NCBI GenBank assembly: GCA_035285545.1
Contig: JAYKGY010000018.1
Location: forward strand, 1 to 51,561
From: Snowella sp.
Lineage (GTDB): Bacteria; Cyanobacteriota; Cyanobacteriia; Cyanobacteriales; Microcystaceae
Length of the DNA: 51,561 bases
Direction of reading: 5' to 3'
A program made the translations under genes and the position numbers. A model generated the notes under the pieces. It had not been told where the DNA came from. It made no database searches and worked only from the letters and a program-made list of their open reading frames with translations. Positions 20,599 to 30,717 of the stretch are shown piece after piece (position 1 is the stretch's first letter; every line of letters starts with the position of its first letter).

Positions 20599-20672
20599 TC
20601 GGAGCGGCGGGATTTGAACCCACGACCCCCACTACCCCAAAGTGGTGCGCTACCAAGCTGCGCTACGCCCCG
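20599..20672 (-). tRNA. trnP: tRNA-Pro(GGG)
   Basis: The reverse complement folds into a cloverleaf: CGGGGCG acceptor stem, D arm GCGC, anticodon arm CCACT-TTGGGGT-AGTGG, T loop GTTCAAATC. CCA is not encoded. Confidence 0.97.
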
Positions 20673-20916
20673 AATACTCACAGTTTCTAATCTTACACTG
20701 ATGCTGGTTTCTTTGGCAACCAATAATTTTAAGAATTGTTGGGGTTAAGGATAATCGATAGAGTCGTTGATCTTGAAAAAGGGATGAGCCGAATAACGCA
20801 GCGATCGCGACTGTATTGGGGGGATTTTCCCTACTGAGCTTGGGGTTATCCGTACTGAACATTCCGCGAGAAACTTGTCAGAATCAGAAATAAGGTCAAT
20901 CTTTGGAGAATCTCCC

Positions 20917-21204
20917 ATGAACTTTTCGTTAGAATCCCTGTATGGCTGGTATCGCAACATGATCCGCAATCCTAAGTATCGTTGGTGGATTGTCTTAGGT
21001 ACTTTAGCCTATTTGTGGAGTCCTATCGATATTTTGCCCGATATTTTTCCCATCATAGGTTGGATTGATGATGGTTTATTGGTAACCCTATTAGTTTCAG
21101 AAATTTCTCAGTTGGTACTAACTCGCCTGAAAGCGAAAACAGATGAAAAACAATCCGTCAAACCCATTGTTGAGGTTGTCTCCGAAGAGACCGTTGGTAG
21201 TTAG
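20917..21204 (+). CDS. YkvA/DUF1232 family membrane protein
   Basis: YLWSPIDILPD..PIIGWIDD motif; ATG at 20917 preceded by GGAG. Confidence 0.88.
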   Translation: MNFSLESLYGWYRNMIRNPKYRWWIVLGTLAYLWSPIDILPDIFPIIGWIDDGLLVTLLVSEISQLVLTRLKAKTDEKQSVKPIVEVVSEETVGS

Positions 21205-21258
21205 TCTATTGACCGAACTCTCACGGAAGACGAAGTTGAATCATCGAAACAGTCTATA

Positions 21259-21954
21259 TTAACGCCCTAAAGCTCCCTTAATAACATCGAGAAGGCTGTT
21301 TCCGCCAAAAGCGATCGCGAGTAATATCGAAGAGGTTAGGATAAAACCACAGACACACAGGGCTAATCCACCAAGGCTGATTGCTCCATCATCATCCAGT
21401 AAGCCAAAACCAGTGACAAAAATCCCCATCGCTGGAAGCGTATTGGTGCCCGGAATGGGAATCATCATTGAAATTGACATGAGCGCGATCGCTAAACCAA
21501 TCACCGTGCGACCAGGGAGACTCGCACAAACCTGCGTCAAACGGGGACGGGAGATAGCCTCAATACGCCGTAGCCAGGGCAAACCCATTTTGAGCACTTG
21601 TTGAACTTGGCTCACTTCAAATCCGTGATTGCGCCAACTATTTGGAAACCAAGGTTCATCCCGCCCAATAAGCAACTGCCCCGCTAACAGAAACATGGCA
21701 ACCCCAAAAGGAACCGAATAGCCCGGAGCAGGAATCGGTAAAGCAGAGGGAAACGACAGCAACACAAATAGAAACCCGAATGTTCGCTCTCCTGCAAGAT
21801 CGAGAAGATCACCGAGAGTGACTTTAAACCGATCTTTAGGAAGTTGTTCTTCTGAAGGATTTAAGGAAGAGGTAGCCAATTCGCTCGTTTCGGATGGTTG
21901 CCAACGATCATTATCAAAGAAGAATTTTTCGAGTTCGCTAGAAAGAGTAGCCAT
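21259..21954 (-). CDS. exoD: Exopolysaccharide biosynthesis protein, ExoD family
   Basis: VTLGDLL...ERTFG, PSALPIP, PIPGTNTLPA. The start is probably MATLS at 21954. Confidence 0.85.
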   Translation of the reverse strand: MATLSSELEKFFFDNDRWQPSETSELATSSLNPSEEQLPKDRFKVTLGDLLDLAGERTFGFLFVLLSFPSALPIPAPGYSVPFGVAMFLLAGQLLIGRDEPWFPNSWRNHGFEVSQVQQVLKMGLPWLRRIEAISRPRLTQVCASLPGRTVIGLAIALMSISMMIPIPGTNTLPAMGIFVTGFGLLDDDGAISLGGLALCVCGFILTSSILLAIAFGGNSLLDVIKGALGR

Positions 21955-22221
21955 AGATTTTTTGTCGCAGAGGGTAAAGGTGATTATCAAAGCCGAATAT
22001 AAGCCATACAAATTTACACGATTTCGGCAAACATCAACCTAAGCTTGAGTAAGAGAATTAAAAAATCAACGTTGTGCAATCGTTCTTCTTGCCAAGTCAA
22101 GGTTTGAATCTTGAGACAATTCGATAAACATGGGAAGATAGGAACCGCGCTTTTAGTCACGAAACTCTATCGTCAAACTATGAGCACCGATCTTTTTTAG
22201 CCAATCCTCTTTTTGACGCTT

Positions 22222-23424
22222 ATGCAATGTCGCGTTTGTGATTCAACTCACCTAGAACTAGCGATTGATCTGGGTTCTCAGCCTTGGTGCAATCATTTTC
22301 TCAAACCCGAAGAAGTGGGGCAAGAGCCTTACTATCCGTTGCGAGTGCTATATTGCCATGATTGTGCGACGGTGCAGTTGGATTACACGGTTAAAAAAGA
22401 AATTATGTTTGGGGATCATACCTATTTGTCTGGGGTAACGAAATCCCTGAGTGAACATTTTAAAAATGTTGCTCATGAAGTTGACGAAAAATTCTTTAAA
22501 AATACGCCCAATAAATCGGTTTTAGATATCGGTTCCAATGATGGGACACAATTAAAGCATTTTCAAGAACTAGGTTATGATGTTTTAGGCGTAGAATCAT
22601 CCAAAACAACAGCTAAAATTGCGAATGATGCTGGCGTTAATACTTTAAATGAGTTTTTTAATTTAGAAGTTGTTCAACAGTTAGATCGTAAGTTTCATGT
22701 GATTAATGCGGCGGGGGTTTTCTTCCATTTAGAGGAATTACATTCAGTCGCGGAAGGCATCAAAGAAGCCTTGAGAGAAGACGGGGTTTTTGTGGTTCAA
22801 TTTCTCTATATGAAGCGCATTGTGGAGAATTTGGCGTTTGATCAGATTTATCATGAACATTTGCTTTACTACAATTTAAATACGATTGAAGTTTTGTTAA
22901 ATCGTCATGGTTTAGCCCTATTTGATGCCTATTTATCCCCAATTCATGGCGGATCGATTATGGGTTTTGTGACTCATAAAGGCAAAGAAGAACCCAGCGA
23001 TCGCCTACAAGCCATGCAACAGGCAGAAGTCGATCAAAAAAGTAATGAATTTGAGACCTATTTAGAATTTGCTAAGCGGATTGAGCAGATGAAAGCCGAA
23101 AATTTAGCCTATTTATCTCAAGCGAAAGAAGAAGGAAAAACCATTTGGGGATTTGGCGCGCCTGTAAAAGGAAATACGCTCTTGAATTACTTTGGAATTG
23201 GTACGCAATACCTGGATTATTTAGTCGAAAAAAATGAACTTCGTCGGGGTTTATATTCGCCAGGAATGCACATTCCCCTGTTAATTGAGAAAGAATTAAC
23301 CAGCTTACCTAATATTTATTACGTTCTAGCGTGGAATTTCAAACGAGAAATTTTAGCCAATAATCGAGCTTTAATTGATCAAGGCGTGGAATTTTATTTT
23401 CCTGTTAATCCCCCTGATGCTTAA
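22222..23424 (+). CDS. NDP-sugar C-methyltransferase family protein (Zn-binding, SAM-dependent)
   Basis: CRVC...CHDC zinc site, DIGSNDG, FDQIYHEH, IHGGS, GFGAPVKGNT, LAWNF. Confidence 0.9.
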   Translation: MQCRVCDSTHLELAIDLGSQPWCNHFLKPEEVGQEPYYPLRVLYCHDCATVQLDYTVKKEIMFGDHTYLSGVTKSLSEHFKNVAHEVDEKFFKNTPNKSVLDIGSNDGTQLKHFQELGYDVLGVESSKTTAKIANDAGVNTLNEFFNLEVVQQLDRKFHVINAAGVFFHLEELHSVAEGIKEALREDGVFVVQFLYMKRIVENLAFDQIYHEHLLYYNLNTIEVLLNRHGLALFDAYLSPIHGGSIMGFVTHKGKEEPSDRLQAMQQAEVDQKSNEFETYLEFAKRIEQMKAENLAYLSQAKEEGKTIWGFGAPVKGNTLLNYFGIGTQYLDYLVEKNELRRGLYSPGMHIPLLIEKELTSLPNIYYVLAWNFKREILANNRALIDQGVEFYFPVNPPDA

Positions 23425-23558
23425 AGGTAAGTTGGCTTAACAGTTGACTTAAGGTTGGCCCAGAGCAAGAATCGTTTACCAACCCAAAGCATAGGATAAT
23501 GGCTACGGAAGGGATGGGGAATTAACCGCACTCATCCTGTTTATCATGAGTTTTTCTA

Positions 23559-24200
23559 ATGAGTGTTGAATTACGCAGCTACGTTTACCTCGACAATCTC
23601 CAACCCCAACATGCCGCCTATATCGGTACGGTCGCGGTCGGCTTTTTACCTGTCCCTGGCGATGCCTCGTTATGGGTAGAAGTATCCCCAGGGATTGAAA
23701 TTAACCGGATTACCGATATTGCTTTAAAATCGGCGGTTGTTCGTCCTGGCGTGTTGTTCGTCGAGCGTTTGTACGGGCTATTGGAAATTCACGCCAGTAA
23801 TCAGGGAGAAGTTCGGGCCGCAGGTCAGGCAATTTTAAGTTATTTGGGGGTGCGTACTCACGAATGCCTCAAGCCACAAGTGGTTTCTAGTCAAATTATT
23901 CGTAATATTGACCCCTACCAAGCTCAGCTAATTAATCGCAATCGACGGGGGCAAATGCTATTAGCAGGGCAAACTTTATACGTTTTGGAGGTTCAACCGG
24001 CTGCCTATGCTGCGTTGGCCGCCAATGAAGCGGAAAAAGCGGCTTTGATTAATATTCTTCAAGTAAGCGCGATCGGTAGTTTTGGTCGTTTATATTTAGG
24101 CGGAGAAGAACGAGATATTATTGCAGGTTCTAATGCTGCCCTCGCCGCGATCGCGAATGTGCCTGGGCGTTCTCCGTTAGCATTGATGAAGAATGAATAG
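23559..24200 (+). CDS. ccmP: Carboxysome shell protein CcmP (tandem BMC domain)
   Basis: [56 protein letters not shown]. Confidence 0.93.
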   Translation: MSVELRSYVYLDNLQPQHAAYIGTVAVGFLPVPGDASLWVEVSPGIEINRITDIALKSAVVRPGVLFVERLYGLLEIHASNQGEVRAAGQAILSYLGVRTHECLKPQVVSSQIIRNIDPYQAQLINRNRRGQMLLAGQTLYVLEVQPAAYAALAANEAEKAALINILQVSAIGSFGRLYLGGEERDIIAGSNAALAAIANVPGRSPLALMKNE

Positions 24201-24283
24201 TTAATAGTTAATAGTTAATAGTTAATAGTTAATAGTTAATAGTTAATAGTTAATAGTTAATAGTTAATAGTTAATAGTTAATA
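24196..24283. repeat. Heptamer tandem repeat (AATAGTT)x12 plus a partial unit, STRR-type
   Basis: 12 perfect units counted, starting across the ccmP stop codon. Confidence 0.95.
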
Positions 24284-24303
24284 AATTACTAATAAAGTAC
24301 ATT

Positions 24304-24993
24304 ATGGAGAGTGGGCGATCGCAGGAAATATTGAGTGTATCGGCTGTGAGTTTAACGGATGCTCAGGGCTTTGAAACTATTTTGGAAGATATTTCTTTTT
24401 CTGTAAATCGCGGCGATCGCTTAGGAATTATGGGGCCATCGGGAGCAGGAAAAACTTCTTTATTAAGGTTACTCAATAGGCTATCCGAACCGACTCAAGG
24501 AGTAATTCATTTTGAAGATAAACCTTTTTCTCAAATTCCCGTTTTAAGTTTACGTCGTCAAATTGTTCTCGTTCCCCAGGAACCTAAATTATTAGGAATG
24601 ACGGTTAAAGATTCCCTAATTTATCCTCTGCAACTACAGCAATTAAAAACAGGCGAAATTGAAAGCCGTCGAGAATATTATTGTCAGCTTTTAAAAATTC
24701 CTGATGAATGGTTAGAAAGAAATGAATTACAGCTATCTTTAGGGCAACGCCAATTAGTCACGATTACACGCGGTTTGATGATGCAACCGAAGGTTTTGCT
24801 ATTAGATGAACCGACTTCAGCCTTAGATGCCGATAAATCCGATCATTTAATGAGTGTGTTAATAGACTTAAGCCAAACTCAAGATTTAACTATCCTCATG
24901 GTCAACCATCAGCAACGAATTATTGATCAGTTTGCCTCTCAAGTTTTATCGCTTTTGGAAGGAAAATTAGCCTCAATCAAAAATCAACGTTAG
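24304..24993 (+). CDS. ABC transporter ATP-binding protein
   Basis: Walker A GPSGAGKT, Q-loop VPQ, signature LSLGQ, Walker B LLLDEPT, H-loop VNH. Confidence 0.92.
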   Translation: MESGRSQEILSVSAVSLTDAQGFETILEDISFSVNRGDRLGIMGPSGAGKTSLLRLLNRLSEPTQGVIHFEDKPFSQIPVLSLRRQIVLVPQEPKLLGMTVKDSLIYPLQLQQLKTGEIESRREYYCQLLKIPDEWLERNELQLSLGQRQLVTITRGLMMQPKVLLLDEPTSALDADKSDHLMSVLIDLSQTQDLTILMVNHQQRIIDQFASQVLSLLEGKLASIKNQR

Positions 24994-25009
24994 TTTAAGT
25001 CAATAGACT

Positions 25010-25351
25010 TTACTCATCTAAATCCGCTAAACCAGTGAGAATGATAGGAGGACGATCTGGAAATTCTGCTCTTAATTCGAGTTTTCCGCCCATCGCTTCA
25101 ACATAGCTACGGAGGGTTGAAAGTAACAAATCTGTGCGTTTTTCGAGTTTAGAAACACTATCTTGTCGTATTCCTAACGATTTAGCGATCTGTTCCTGCG
25201 TTAATTGCCGTGCTTTACGAAGATCTTGCAAAGTCATATATTCAGCCATTAATTCTTGAGTAAGTTGTTCAATCGCCTCTTGTTCTTCAATCGGTAATCT
25301 TGCTACAAGCTCCTCAAAAGGAACGGCCATACTATTTTTTGTTACCAACAT
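25010..25351 (-). CDS. XRE-family HTH antitoxin (HigA-like)
   Basis: LQDLRKARQLTQEQIA..LGIRQDSVSKLEKRTDLLLSTLRSYVEAMGG. The start may be 25330. Confidence 0.9.
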   Translation of the reverse strand: MLVTKNSMAVPFEELVARLPIEEQEAIEQLTQELMAEYMTLQDLRKARQLTQEQIAKSLGIRQDSVSKLEKRTDLLLSTLRSYVEAMGGKLELRAEFPDRPPIILTGLADLDE

Positions 25352-25435
25352 AGTTAGAGCTAAATCATTTAAAATGATTTTCTTTTTTTTATATCCTCCC
25401 CTTTTTTTAGAGGAGGAAAGTTAATTTGTTAATTT

Positions 25436-25798
25436 TTAGGAGTTAAGATAAGCTTCAAATCGTTGATCAGCTTGCTTAATTAGTTTTTTATAAAATTTAG
25501 TTTCCGAAACGCCTGCCTTGTCTCCAGCGATTAATAAGATAGCACACTAAGAAGGATCAAAAGCAAATGCGACTCGCCAGACTCCATCATTAGCGTTAAA
25601 TCGAATCTCTTTCATGTTGTCAAAACGAGAACCTTTCAGAGTATCGACATAAGGTCTGCCTAGTGTTGGCCCAAACTGTTTCAAAAGAGCTACACGAGCT
25701 GCCAGTCCTTGTTTAACTAAAAGGGGGAGTTCATCAAACTCTTGCTCAAATGCCTTATGGGATAAGACTTTCCAGCTATTTTGCATTTTATTTGCCAT
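25436..25798 (-). pseudogene. RelE/HigB-like (Gp49/DUF891-type) toxin with an in-frame TAG
   Basis: GPTLGRPYVDTLKGS...MKEIRF...WRVAFAFDPS*CAILLIAGDKAG..ETKFYKKLIKQAD.RF. The frame continues past the TAG at 25547-25549 to a TAA at 25436. Confidence 0.88.
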
Positions 25799-25889
25799 TT
25801 ATTTTTGATGTATTTTTGAATGTTCATGATTTATCTATTGAGTGATTAACAAAAAAAGATGCTTAGGAAATCTACATGAAGTTGAATCC

Positions 25890-25909
25890 ATATGCGTCTG
25901 AGTCCATAT
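25890..25909. promoter_or_regulatory. Possible antitoxin operator palindrome ATATG-N10-CATAT
   Basis: Inverted repeat about 90 bp upstream of the toxin start. The operator role is inferred. Confidence 0.4.
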
Positions 25910-26034
25910 TAAAGACATTTCGGAAAACTGTCAACATTGTGCTTTGTTGACCGTAGCTATAGGCAAGCCCCAGAGTGAAACCATAAACGATAAAATGATT
26001 AAGCATATCTTTCATAATCAGGGGAATTATTATA

Positions 26035-26799
26035 GTGCTATCCTCACTCATCGCTGACTATCGCATCATTTTTGAACGCGACCCGGCTGCTCGAAATGGG
26101 TTAGAGGTGCTGTTTTGTTATCCTGGTTTTCAAGCATTGATTTTTCATCGTTTTTCTCATTGGTTATACCATTTAGGGATTCCCTTCATTCCCCGTTTCA
26201 TTTCCCATATTGCGCGTTTTTTGACAGGCGTTGAAATTCACCCAGGGGCCCAAATTGGTCATAGTGTTTTTATTGATCATGGAATGGGCGTGGTTATTGG
26301 AGAAACGGCGATTATTGGCGATTATGCCCTGATTTACCAAGGCGTAACTTTAGGGGGAACAGGCAAAGAGCATGGTAAACGTCACCCCACATTAGGCGAA
26401 AATGTTGTTATTGGTGCGGGGGCAAAAGTTTTAGGCAATATTGAAATTGGCGATAATGTGCGGGTAGGTGCAGGTTCCGTCGTGTTACGAGATGTCCCTT
26501 CTGATTGCACGGTCGTAGGCATTCCTGGGAGAATTGTGCATCGTTCTGGCGTGAAAGTTAATCCCTTGGAACATGGCAATTTACCCGATTCTGAAGGTAC
26601 TGTGATTCGGTTATTACTGGAACGTATTGAGTCTTTAGAAAAGCAAGTGGAAGAGTTACAAGACTCTCGTTATCGTGAATTAGAGTCAGTTTCAGAAGCA
26701 TTATACCATTCCTGTTCCGAAAATCGTCTGGCTGCTGCGAGTCGGGCTTGTCGTTTAGGCGATCGCGAAATTGAAGAATTTTTAGGTGGCACTTCGTAA
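26035..26799 (+). CDS. cysE: Serine O-acetyltransferase
   Basis: [38 protein letters not shown], hexapeptide repeats. Confidence 0.96.
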   Translation: MLSSLIADYRIIFERDPAARNGLEVLFCYPGFQALIFHRFSHWLYHLGIPFIPRFISHIARFLTGVEIHPGAQIGHSVFIDHGMGVVIGETAIIGDYALIYQGVTLGGTGKEHGKRHPTLGENVVIGAGAKVLGNIEIGDNVRVGAGSVVLRDVPSDCTVVGIPGRIVHRSGVKVNPLEHGNLPDSEGTVIRLLLERIESLEKQVEELQDSRYRELESVSEALYHSCSENRLAAASRACRLGDREIEEFLGGTS

Positions 26800-26830
26800 A
26801 CTGTTTTAAAAAAAGATTTAACTATTGCCG

Positions 26831-27517
26831 ATGGCTATTTCTTCTGCTAGTCCCGCAATTTCTATTCCTCCCCTTGAAAATGGCGATATTTTGACTCGTG
26901 AAGAATACGAGCGTCGTTATAGTGCCATGCCGAATTTAAAAAAGGCAGAATTAATTGAAGGAATCGTTTACATGGCTTCTCCGTTGCGTTTTGAACCTCA
27001 TGCCGAACCCCATGCCCATTTGATGATTTGGCTCGGAATTTATAAAGTGGCAACGTCTGGCCTTCGTATTGGAGATAATGCAACTGTGCGTCTCGATTTA
27101 AATAATGAACCTCAGCCTGATATTGTTTTATTAATTGATCAGCAATACGGCGGTCAGACGCGAATTAGTGAAGATGGTTATATTGAAGGCGCACCCGAAT
27201 TAGTTGTCGAAATTGCAGCCAGTACAGCAACCATTGATTTAAGAGACAAAAAACGAGCTTATTGCCGCAACAAAGTCCAAGAATATTTAGTTTGGCAAGT
27301 TTTCGAGAACCGTCTTGACTGGTTTGTTTTAGAAAATGAGGAATATATTGCAATTAAACCCAATTCTCAAGGGATTTTACAAAGTCGTATTTTTCCAGGA
27401 TTGTGGCTAGATGTTGAGGCTTTATTGCGCGATGACATGGCCCAAGTTTTAGCAACTCAACAACTGGGGTTAACTTCGCCTGAATATCTTCAGTTTAAAG
27501 AGAATTTGAGGCAATAA
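26831..27517 (+). CDS. Uma2-family endonuclease-fold protein
   Basis: KAELIEGIVYM, EPQPD, GAPELVVEIA, VQEYLVW, FPGLWL. Confidence 0.92.
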   Translation: MAISSASPAISIPPLENGDILTREEYERRYSAMPNLKKAELIEGIVYMASPLRFEPHAEPHAHLMIWLGIYKVATSGLRIGDNATVRLDLNNEPQPDIVLLIDQQYGGQTRISEDGYIEGAPELVVEIAASTATIDLRDKKRAYCRNKVQEYLVWQVFENRLDWFVLENEEYIAIKPNSQGILQSRIFPGLWLDVEALLRDDMAQVLATQQLGLTSPEYLQFKENLRQ

Positions 27518-27559
27518 GTAGAGCAACTAAATAAAACATTAAAAGGATTTAACAGTGTT

Positions 27560-28467
27560 CATTGGTGTCAACTTAAAGCAATGGATGCCCAAATTTGCTG
27601 ATGGAGAGCGGCTTTCTCTCGATGTCGCTTACGCTCGGCTTTAACCAAGCCAAATAACTTAGCCCGTTCAGCCAAATAGGTTACAGTATCAGGCTTTTCA
27701 TTTCTAGCAATAGCTTTTGCCACATAATACAAATTCCGAAAAACCATTTCCACTGAAATCTTATCTTTTGGTTGGTTTAAAGCAATCGCTACTTCTCCTA
27801 CTAATTGATTTAAAACCGTATAAAAAATCAAAGTACAAATAATCTGGATTTGTACACCATTCTGATTTCCGACCCATAAATAAGCCAGTCCCAAAAGTCT
27901 TTTTGTTAACAAGAAGGTCTCTTTTATTGTCCATCGTCTTCGATATAAGTCACAAACGTCTTCGGCTGATAGTTGTTCGGGAGACAACACATTCGTTAAA
28001 TACCGATACCAAGTTGTTCCCCATAAGACTGAGACCAATCTCACGGGATGTTTACAAGGATTGGAACGATATTTGCCCATCAGAATAATTTCGTCTTTGT
28101 AGTGACTCCCCTGAGATAATATTTTCTTTGTTTGATAAGAGCAACTTTCTCGTAATCTAGTTAGAAAAAACTTATTAGTTTCTGTTAATAAATCAAACCA
28201 TACAAAGCTAAAGAATCCCATATCTAGAATTATTAAACCTTTTTCTGGAAGTTTAGTTACTAATTCTTCCCACCATATTTGATCGTTTGATTTATCATTT
28301 TCTGTGTACCATAACGTAACAGGTGTTTGGCTAAATGCTTCCACTATCATCATTATCTTCCCACCTAATTTACTCTTTTTTTCTTCACTTATTTTCAACT
28401 TCTTCCTTATCTGTTCTAGGGTTGAGCTATCGGCTATCCAGATTACACTAAATTTGCAATCGTTCAT
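27560..28467 (-). mobile_element. Truncated IS4-family element (transposase C-terminal two-thirds plus right end)
   Basis: WIADSSTL, LDMGFFSF, YLTN and YRRRWTIK, where the catalytic Glu appears changed to Lys. Probable terminal IR CATTGGTGTCAACTTAA at 27560. The N-terminus is missing. Confidence 0.85.
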
Positions 28468-29837
28468 AGGTTTAAAATTTCTTTGGCAGCACGCAGACCA
28501 GACAGGTATGCACCGTGAGCAGTCCCAAAATAGTGGGTTTCCGATGCTTCACCTGCAAAAAATACGAGTTCTTTCAAAGGTGTGGCAAAGTCCTGGCGCA
28601 TTTTGGGTAATGTACCAACCCGATTATAGGAATACGAACCTCGTGAAAACGAATCGGTTGCCCAACGGGTAATTTGGTAATCAGTCGGTTCGGGTATGCC
28701 TACTCCATAGATTTGTCTTAAAGTTTGCATAGCATTCGCAATAATTTGTTGATCTGACCAGGCTTCAATTTCTCTCCCCCTATCAGCCGCATTAAATCCC
28801 AGCAGTATGGGCAGATTAGCTACCCGCTGAAAGCTCACCCACTCTGTCCATTCACCCTGTTTTGCCGAAACATACTCCAACCAATCCGCCTCAACCGACC
28901 AGAAAACCTTAGGGAATCGCAGATAGCATTTGTTCAAGACTCCCATCCCTAATTTAGCGATCGCGGTCTGTTTGCTCGGTGGTAATTGAGGCGTGAAACG
29001 TACATGCTTAGCCTGTAAAACGCCAAGTGGCAAGGTAACTACAACATGATCGGCGATAAACTTGCTTTTTTGGGTGATCACCTCAATAGGGGACTGATGC
29101 CATTGAATTTCTTTAACGACCTGACCCAGTTCTATGTTTAACCCTTGGGCTAAAAATTCTGGGATGATCCTAAATCCTTGAATAAACAAAGCATCATCAC
29201 CAGGAAAGGCTTTAGCATTGTCATACCAGTGGGCAGAAAGGCTTTCGCTGCTTCCTGAATACTCCTGTTCGATCTCACTGCTTAAAATGAAGTTGATAAA
29301 ACGGTAGGCTTCCGAGGATTTGTCTAATTGCCGCATTAGGGGCTGAATTGCTTGCCGAATCGAAACATCAGCGTCTTCATCCTGTGCTTTCTTCAAAATC
29401 CTGAATACTTGTTTTCTCAAATTCTCCATGCGGGCTTCTTCTTCACTAGAGAGCGGCTTTCCTGACGTGTTATAGGTAACTGCCCTGTCGTAACTGGTGA
29501 TCAACCGTTTAGCTTTGATTTGTTCAGCCAAATTGGTTAACGGATTGCCCTGAGTTCCATGTATCCAAGTCGCCCCCAAATCCAAGGGGATATCTGGCCA
29601 TTTTAGACTCGTCCAAATCCGACCACCGATTCGTTCACGAGCTTCGATGACAATCACATCATGGCTTTGCCTCTGCAATTCCCGCGCAGCCGCAAGACCT
29701 GCAAGACCAGCACCAATGACCACGATTCGCTTTTTGTTGGATGCCACTGCGTATTCCTGTGCATTTTCACGACAGGCGTGATTGATAATCCCCATCAACG
29801 TCAAACTGAATAGGGTTAGGAAATCTCGTTTACGCAT
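28464..29837 (-). CDS. Flavin monoamine/polyamine oxidase family protein, probably exported
   Basis: GAGLAGLAAA, EARERIGGR, DLGATWIHG, GSYS, FAGEA...GTAHGAYLSG. The N-terminus has RKRDFL, a hydrophobic stretch and a Cys. Confidence 0.92.
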   Translation of the reverse strand: MRKRDFLTLFSLTLMGIINHACRENAQEYAVASNKKRIVVIGAGLAGLAAARELQRQSHDVIVIEARERIGGRIWTSLKWPDIPLDLGATWIHGTQGNPLTNLAEQIKAKRLITSYDRAVTYNTSGKPLSSEEEARMENLRKQVFRILKKAQDEDADVSIRQAIQPLMRQLDKSSEAYRFINFILSSEIEQEYSGSSESLSAHWYDNAKAFPGDDALFIQGFRIIPEFLAQGLNIELGQVVKEIQWHQSPIEVITQKSKFIADHVVVTLPLGVLQAKHVRFTPQLPPSKQTAIAKLGMGVLNKCYLRFPKVFWSVEADWLEYVSAKQGEWTEWVSFQRVANLPILLGFNAADRGREIEAWSDQQIIANAMQTLRQIYGVGIPEPTDYQITRWATDSFSRGSYSYNRVGTLPKMRQDFATPLKELVFFAGEASETHYFGTAHGAYLSGLRAAKEILNL

Positions 29838-30000
29838 AAATAAATTTCAATTTGGGACAAGCAGGAAAATTTCAGCAAAAAACGATAATTTTGAATTAGA
29901 TTTTTTGTATGAATAAGTCAAAATAGAAGAAAAAGTCTAAACAAGAAAAATCGATAAGATGAACTATTCCGCTTCAAACATTGGAAAAATGCTGAGTGGC

Positions 30001-30642
30001 TTAAAGCGCGATCGCGAGTAATTCATTCAGGTGATTAATGCGATGATCGACGGTTAAATCGGTTGGCAAGGAGCCAAATCCATATTCGGCAAAAATTGTT
30101 TTTGCACCAAAAGCTTTCCCCATGCGAATTCCCACTTCAGCATCTTCTACGTGGAGTAAATTTTGATAGGAATAATCGGTTAATAATTCCTGTAAATAAT
30201 TGGGATCGGGTTTTCGATATTGGGAATCATCAGAGGCTTGCATTTTTTCAATTGCATCCCATAATCCCACACCTTTTAAAGCAGCCGTTTGGGTACGGCG
30301 ATCGCCAGAGGTACAGGCGAGGATGCGATAACCCCGTTGCGTCAGTTCTTCTAAAACGGTATCGGCATCGGGCATGGGGGCTGCCAATTGCGGTAAATGG
30401 GCTAAATAAAAAGGCTGTACATATTTTTGGAAAGTTTCTAAGGCTTTTTCCTTGGGACATCCCAATTTTTCCAGCATGATGGTCGCTTTTAATCCGACTA
30501 ACCCAATAACCGTTGCGCGATCGGGTCGAGGCAATCCAATTTGTTCAAGGCCGTAGGCAAAGGCTTGATAGTTCGCTTCTTCAGAATCGATTAACACCCC
30601 ATCCAGGTCAAAAACAATGACTTTATCGATATTCATCCCCAT
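30001..30642 (-). CDS. HAD-family phosphatase
   Basis: FDLDGVLIDS, CTS, KPDP, VED. Confidence 0.88.
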   Translation of the reverse strand: MGMNIDKVIVFDLDGVLIDSEEANYQAFAYGLEQIGLPRPDRATVIGLVGLKATIMLEKLGCPKEKALETFQKYVQPFYLAHLPQLAAPMPDADTVLEELTQRGYRILACTSGDRRTQTAALKGVGLWDAIEKMQASDDSQYRKPDPNYLQELLTDYSYQNLLHVEDAEVGIRMGKAFGAKTIFAEYGFGSLPTDLTVDHRINHLNELLAIAL

Positions 30643-30717
30643 TCACCCCACGTTTAGTTTTTGCCACATTAGAATAGGGTATTTAGCTCGAATAATCAAG
30701 TATAAATGAGCTTTGGG

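Noticed and set aside
20650..20969. Minus-strand ORFs of 70 and 74 aa
   Set aside because: They overlap tRNA-Pro or the YkvA gene and have no recognisable features.
23559..24200. Novel bacterial microcompartment locus
   Set aside because: It is a single BMC-T gene matching ccmP, which is normally a satellite carboxysome gene, and no other shell genes are present.
24196..24283. CRISPR array
   Set aside because: It consists of contiguous 7-bp units with no spacers, and there are no cas genes nearby.
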